Below, one piece after another: positions 61,200 to 64,000 of a stretch of DNA of 64,000 nt (within the stretch, counting starts at the first letter, position 1; each line of letters starts with the position of its first letter). Made by a program: the position numbers and the translations under genes. Below the pieces are notes generated by a model, which saw only the letters and a program-made list of their open reading frames with translations, was not told the DNA's origin and made no database searches. Source of the stretch: Candidatus Kapaibacterium sp. (GTDB lineage Bacteria > Bacteroidota > Ignavibacteria > Kapaibacteriales > UBA2268); NCBI GenBank assembly GCA_963664875.1, contig OY761611.1, positions 416,001 to 480,000 on the forward strand. Direction: 5' to 3'.

Positions 61200-62675
61200 T
61201 TATCTTTTCAACATATTTTTCATCTCATTGATTTCATTTCTTGTATAAAAACCTAAAATCTTTAGAAGCAAGACATGAGAACACAACAAAACAATTTTGG
61301 AGACTATTTGAGTTATGCCAGTAAAAGTATTGGAAAGAATATAATCAGCAATAAAAATGGAAAGCGTTGATATAAGTATTTTCAATACCCTGCCCCACTC
61401 ATACTCTACTTCGTAAATTTTCTTCTGGAATTTATAGAGGATGGCAGCACTTATCAGATAAGCAAACAATGTGTTGTATGCAGCTGCTATATAACCAAAA
61501 ACAGGAATAAATACGATATTAGAAATAATATTAAAGATAGCTGCCGTACCTACTGCCATAGGTAGATATTTTGTATTTTTAGTAATATAAAACGCAGATG
61601 TGATATTAGTAAAAACACCGTTAAAATAATAAGCAGCCAAAATAATGGGCACTATTCCCAATGCCTCCCAATATTCACTGTTTATCAAAGTTCTTGATTC
61701 TGTGATAGGTATTTTTACGATTAAGTCAACAAAAAGAGTAATAAACAAAAACAACACCGATGCAAGTAATGTAAAATAGGTAAAAACTCTTGCAAACATT
61801 TCCTTAGCATTGCCTTCTTTTCTATTATTTAGATAAAATGGTTTCCATGCGTATTCAAACATTGAAACGAAAAGCATCATGGGGATTCCCAATTTATAAT
61901 TTATCGAATAAATACCTGCCTGATGTGAGCCCTCTGAGCCACCTATAAGGAATTTCATCAAAGGCTGGTCTGATATTTGAAGAACAATTGCTGATAAACT
62001 TGCGGGTATTGTCGGCAAACCAAATATTATCATTTCTTTATACAATTGAACATCGAAAATTAGCAACCTATTGTTGTAAAGCTGTTTACCAAGGACGATT
62101 GCTCCTATGACAGAGGAAATAAATTGAGCTTGCAACGCACCTGCCGGACCTAATTTTAGGACGATTACAAAATACAATGACAATGCAACTGCAATAACGA
62201 TTATTGAAAACCTCGTTATTGTAAACTGTTTTGCTTTATCGGTAAGTCTTAGAAATGCATATGGAATCAGCATCAATGAGTCAAGGAAGGGTATCCAAGC
62301 AGCATATCTAATCATGGGCAAACCGTAGGGCTCTCTCGTAAAAAGAAGAGCAAGCTCTTTAGAAAATAAAAACAAAACGAGCGACAAAATAAATGAAGTA
62401 ATAGCTATACTTAAGTAAGATGTAGAAAACACCCTCCTACTTCTGTTGCAATCATCTTTATCCCAAAATCTAAAAAAAGCAGATTCCATCCCAAATGTAG
62501 CAAATATTCCCATAAATGCAACAATTGCAAGGACAGATGCCAAATCTCCCATTTCACTTGTAGATAAATCTTCAGTATAAAAAAGAGTCAGAATAAAAGT
62601 TAAAAATCTGCCGGCAATCATCATCAAGCCATATACAAGGGTATCTTTGCTCAATGATTTGAGTTTATCTTTCAT
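61200..62675 (-). CDS. Polysaccharide/oligosaccharide flippase (Wzx-like, MOP superfamily)
   Basis: Polytopic membrane protein; DTLVYG, GMESAFFRF, FGLPTIP, AWKPFYL; TAttTTTG promoter motif at 62751-62758. Confidence 0.85.
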   Translation of the reverse strand: MKDKLKSLSKDTLVYGLMMIAGRFLTFILTLFYTEDLSTSEMGDLASVLAIVAFMGIFATFGMESAFFRFWDKDDCNRSRRVFSTSYLSIAITSFILSLVLFLFSKELALLFTREPYGLPMIRYAAWIPFLDSLMLIPYAFLRLTDKAKQFTITRFSIIVIAVALSLYFVIVLKLGPAGALQAQFISSVIGAIVLGKQLYNNRLLIFDVQLYKEMIIFGLPTIPASLSAIVLQISDQPLMKFLIGGSEGSHQAGIYSINYKLGIPMMLFVSMFEYAWKPFYLNNRKEGNAKEMFARVFTYFTLLASVLFLFITLFVDLIVKIPITESRTLINSEYWEALGIVPIILAAYYFNGVFTNITSAFYITKNTKYLPMAVGTAAIFNIISNIVFIPVFGYIAAAYNTLFAYLISAAILYKFQKKIYEVEYEWGRVLKILISTLSIFIADYILSNTFTGITQIVSKIVLLCSHVLLLKILGFYTRNEINEMKNMLKR

Positions 62676-62820
62676 TTTTTATGCTACATATTGGTTACAG
62701 AATACATTTTTGTTTTTATTTATGAACAATACTTCTTATTTTAAGGCGTGCAAAAATATTTAAGAGGTATCTTAAAACGATAAGTACTATTTTACTTTTA
62801 AAATAACCATCAATGAAACA

Positions 62821-63183
62821 ATGAAACAAATATTTAACATACTGTTTTCGATAATACTATTCGTCGCAACTTTGCTCTCGATGCATAATGAAGCTGTGAA
62901 TGGACATTATCATGTTTCAGAAGATGGAATTACATATTATCATGTGCATCCTTACGATCATCACGAAAATAGTGATTCTCCATTAAAAGACCATACACAT
63001 TCTAAAGTTGAATCAGTTATATATCTAAGCTATACACACCCTCTTTTTATTCTAAGTAGCATTTTTTGCTTCATAGTATATAGCTTATATAGGAAAATTG
63101 ATTTTAAATCTTCAAAAATCTTTGCTTTTTCACTGCAAGAATCCTTCGACAGTAGTGAGTTACGTGCTCCACCGGCTTTGTAA
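62821..63183 (+). CDS. His-rich membrane-targeted leader protein ending in RAPP arrest motif (putative cis-acting regulator)
   Basis: N-terminal hydrophobic segment; HYH/HVH/HH/HTH cluster; second hydrophobic segment; C-terminal LRAPPAL*. Confidence 0.7.
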   Translation: MKQIFNILFSIILFVATLLSMHNEAVNGHYHVSEDGITYYHVHPYDHHENSDSPLKDHTHSKVESVIYLSYTHPLFILSSIFCFIVYSLYRKIDFKSSKIFAFSLQESFDSSELRAPPAL

Positions 63184-63213
63184 AACAAATCTATTAATGC
63201 CTCTAATTCTTTT

Positions 63214-63242
63214 CCAATAAATACAGCCTATTGTATTATTGG
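63214..63242 (+). promoter_or_regulatory. Intercistronic hairpin between leader and downstream gene
   Basis: CCAATAAATACA-GCCTAT-TGTATTATTGG, 11 bp with one bulge. Confidence 0.45.
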
Positions 63243-63293
63243 TTCATATTAGCACATACACTATAATTTTTATACTTAATAATGGGGATTACT

Positions 63294-64000
63294 ATGAAAT
63301 TAGTAAACTTTTTACTTATTACATTTATGATTTCTGCCAACTTACTACATGCAGAAACGGAAGAAGTTACAATAACTACTGGTGTAAGCTACCAAAATAC
63401 CGTTTGGTACTCATTGACAGGAGGAGTAGTCAAAGAAGCACCAAAAGATAACTGGGATTTAGCTTTCCAGACAGGACAAAACGGTGCAATTCATCTCAAC
63501 TGCCAAAAAGGCTATGAACTTTTTGAAATAGTAGATTCTGACGAGTTTTCTTGGGATGCTACTATAGATACTACTGACTTCAGAAACTCAAAGAATTTTG
63601 TTTCTTGGCTCAACTCGGAAGGATCTTGGAATGTTGGCGCATTTAATACCGGGAAAAACGGATTTGAGGACAATGGAGAATTCGGTTGGGGTGCTTATGA
63701 TTTGTCAGATCATGGGATAAAAGGCAATAAACTATTTATGCTTATAACACCCGATAAACAAGTAAAAAAGATATTTATATCTAAATTATTGAACAGGAAA
63801 TATGACTTCAAATATGCTGATTTAGACGGATCAAATGAAGTATATGCTACTGTTAATAAAAATGACCGACCTGATGTATCATTTATCTACTTCGACTTTG
63901 CAACTAATGCAATACTTACAGAAGCTAGAGAACCTAATAGTTCTGACTGGGATTTGGTTTTTGGAAAATACACAATAGCTTACCCAACAGGTGAAGGAAC
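63294..64000 (+). CDS. Secreted HmuY-like (tandem domain) putative heme/metal-binding protein, 3'-truncated; not in ORF track
   Basis: GGGGA RBS; own translation MKLVNFLLITFMISANLLHA-ETEEV...VWYSL...DNWDLAF...FGWGAY...FIYFDF...REPNSSDWDLVFGKY; open to window end. Confidence 0.7.
   Translation, partial: MKLVNFLLITFMISANLLHAETEEVTITTGVSYQNTVWYSLTGGVVKEAPKDNWDLAFQTGQNGAIHLNCQKGYELFEIVDSDEFSWDATIDTTDFRNSKNFVSWLNSEGSWNVGAFNTGKNGFEDNGEFGWGAYDLSDHGIKGNKLFMLITPDKQVKKIFISKLLNRKYDFKYADLDGSNEVYATVNKNDRPDVSFIYFDFATNAILTEAREPNSSDWDLVFGKYTIAYPTGEG

Noticed and set aside
63239-63451. 70-aa ORF in the track
   Set aside because: Out-of-frame overlap with the better-supported gene starting at 63294, which has an RBS, signal peptide and recognisable motifs.
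1-64000. CRISPR arrays, tRNA/rRNA, transposases, integrases, prophage or defence genes
   Set aside because: No regularly spaced repeats, RNA gene signatures or such protein motifs seen; intergenic spaces are short.

Overview
AT-rich bacterial chromosomal segment, gene-dense and mostly housekeeping. T9SS C-terminal sorting domains, TAnnTTTG (-7) promoters, frequent Shine-Dalgarno motifs and a beta-barrel + double-OmpA protein suggest the Bacteroidota/Chlorobi/Ignavibacteria superphylum, most plausibly Candidatus Kapabacteria (inference). The window holds T9SS cargo genes, serine/C1 genes (serA, serC, DUF1015, a metazoan-like fused FTCD), panD, mce, meaB, rpe, dapF, suhB, recN, ppx, prmA, kdsC, pyrC, a PTPS-folE-rnhB-chaN operon, purL, a TetR-TolC-MFP-RND efflux operon, a ClC transporter and feoAB with a DtxR/MntR regulator and tandem operator boxes. 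I found no tRNA, rRNA, CRISPR array or mobile element. The best candidate for an undescribed system is at the right end: a 120-aa His-rich, membrane-targeted leader ending in the ribosome-arrest motif RAPP (62821-63183). It lies directly upstream of an HmuY-like secreted protein (63294 to window end) that the ORF track missed, suggesting a metal/heme-responsive nascent-chain attenuator. Also notable: a frameshift-split ~520-aa gene (59427-60988), a perfect 32-bp palindrome at the serA promoter and an unannotated 59-aa ORF. Family assignments come from motif recognition only; no searches were run.
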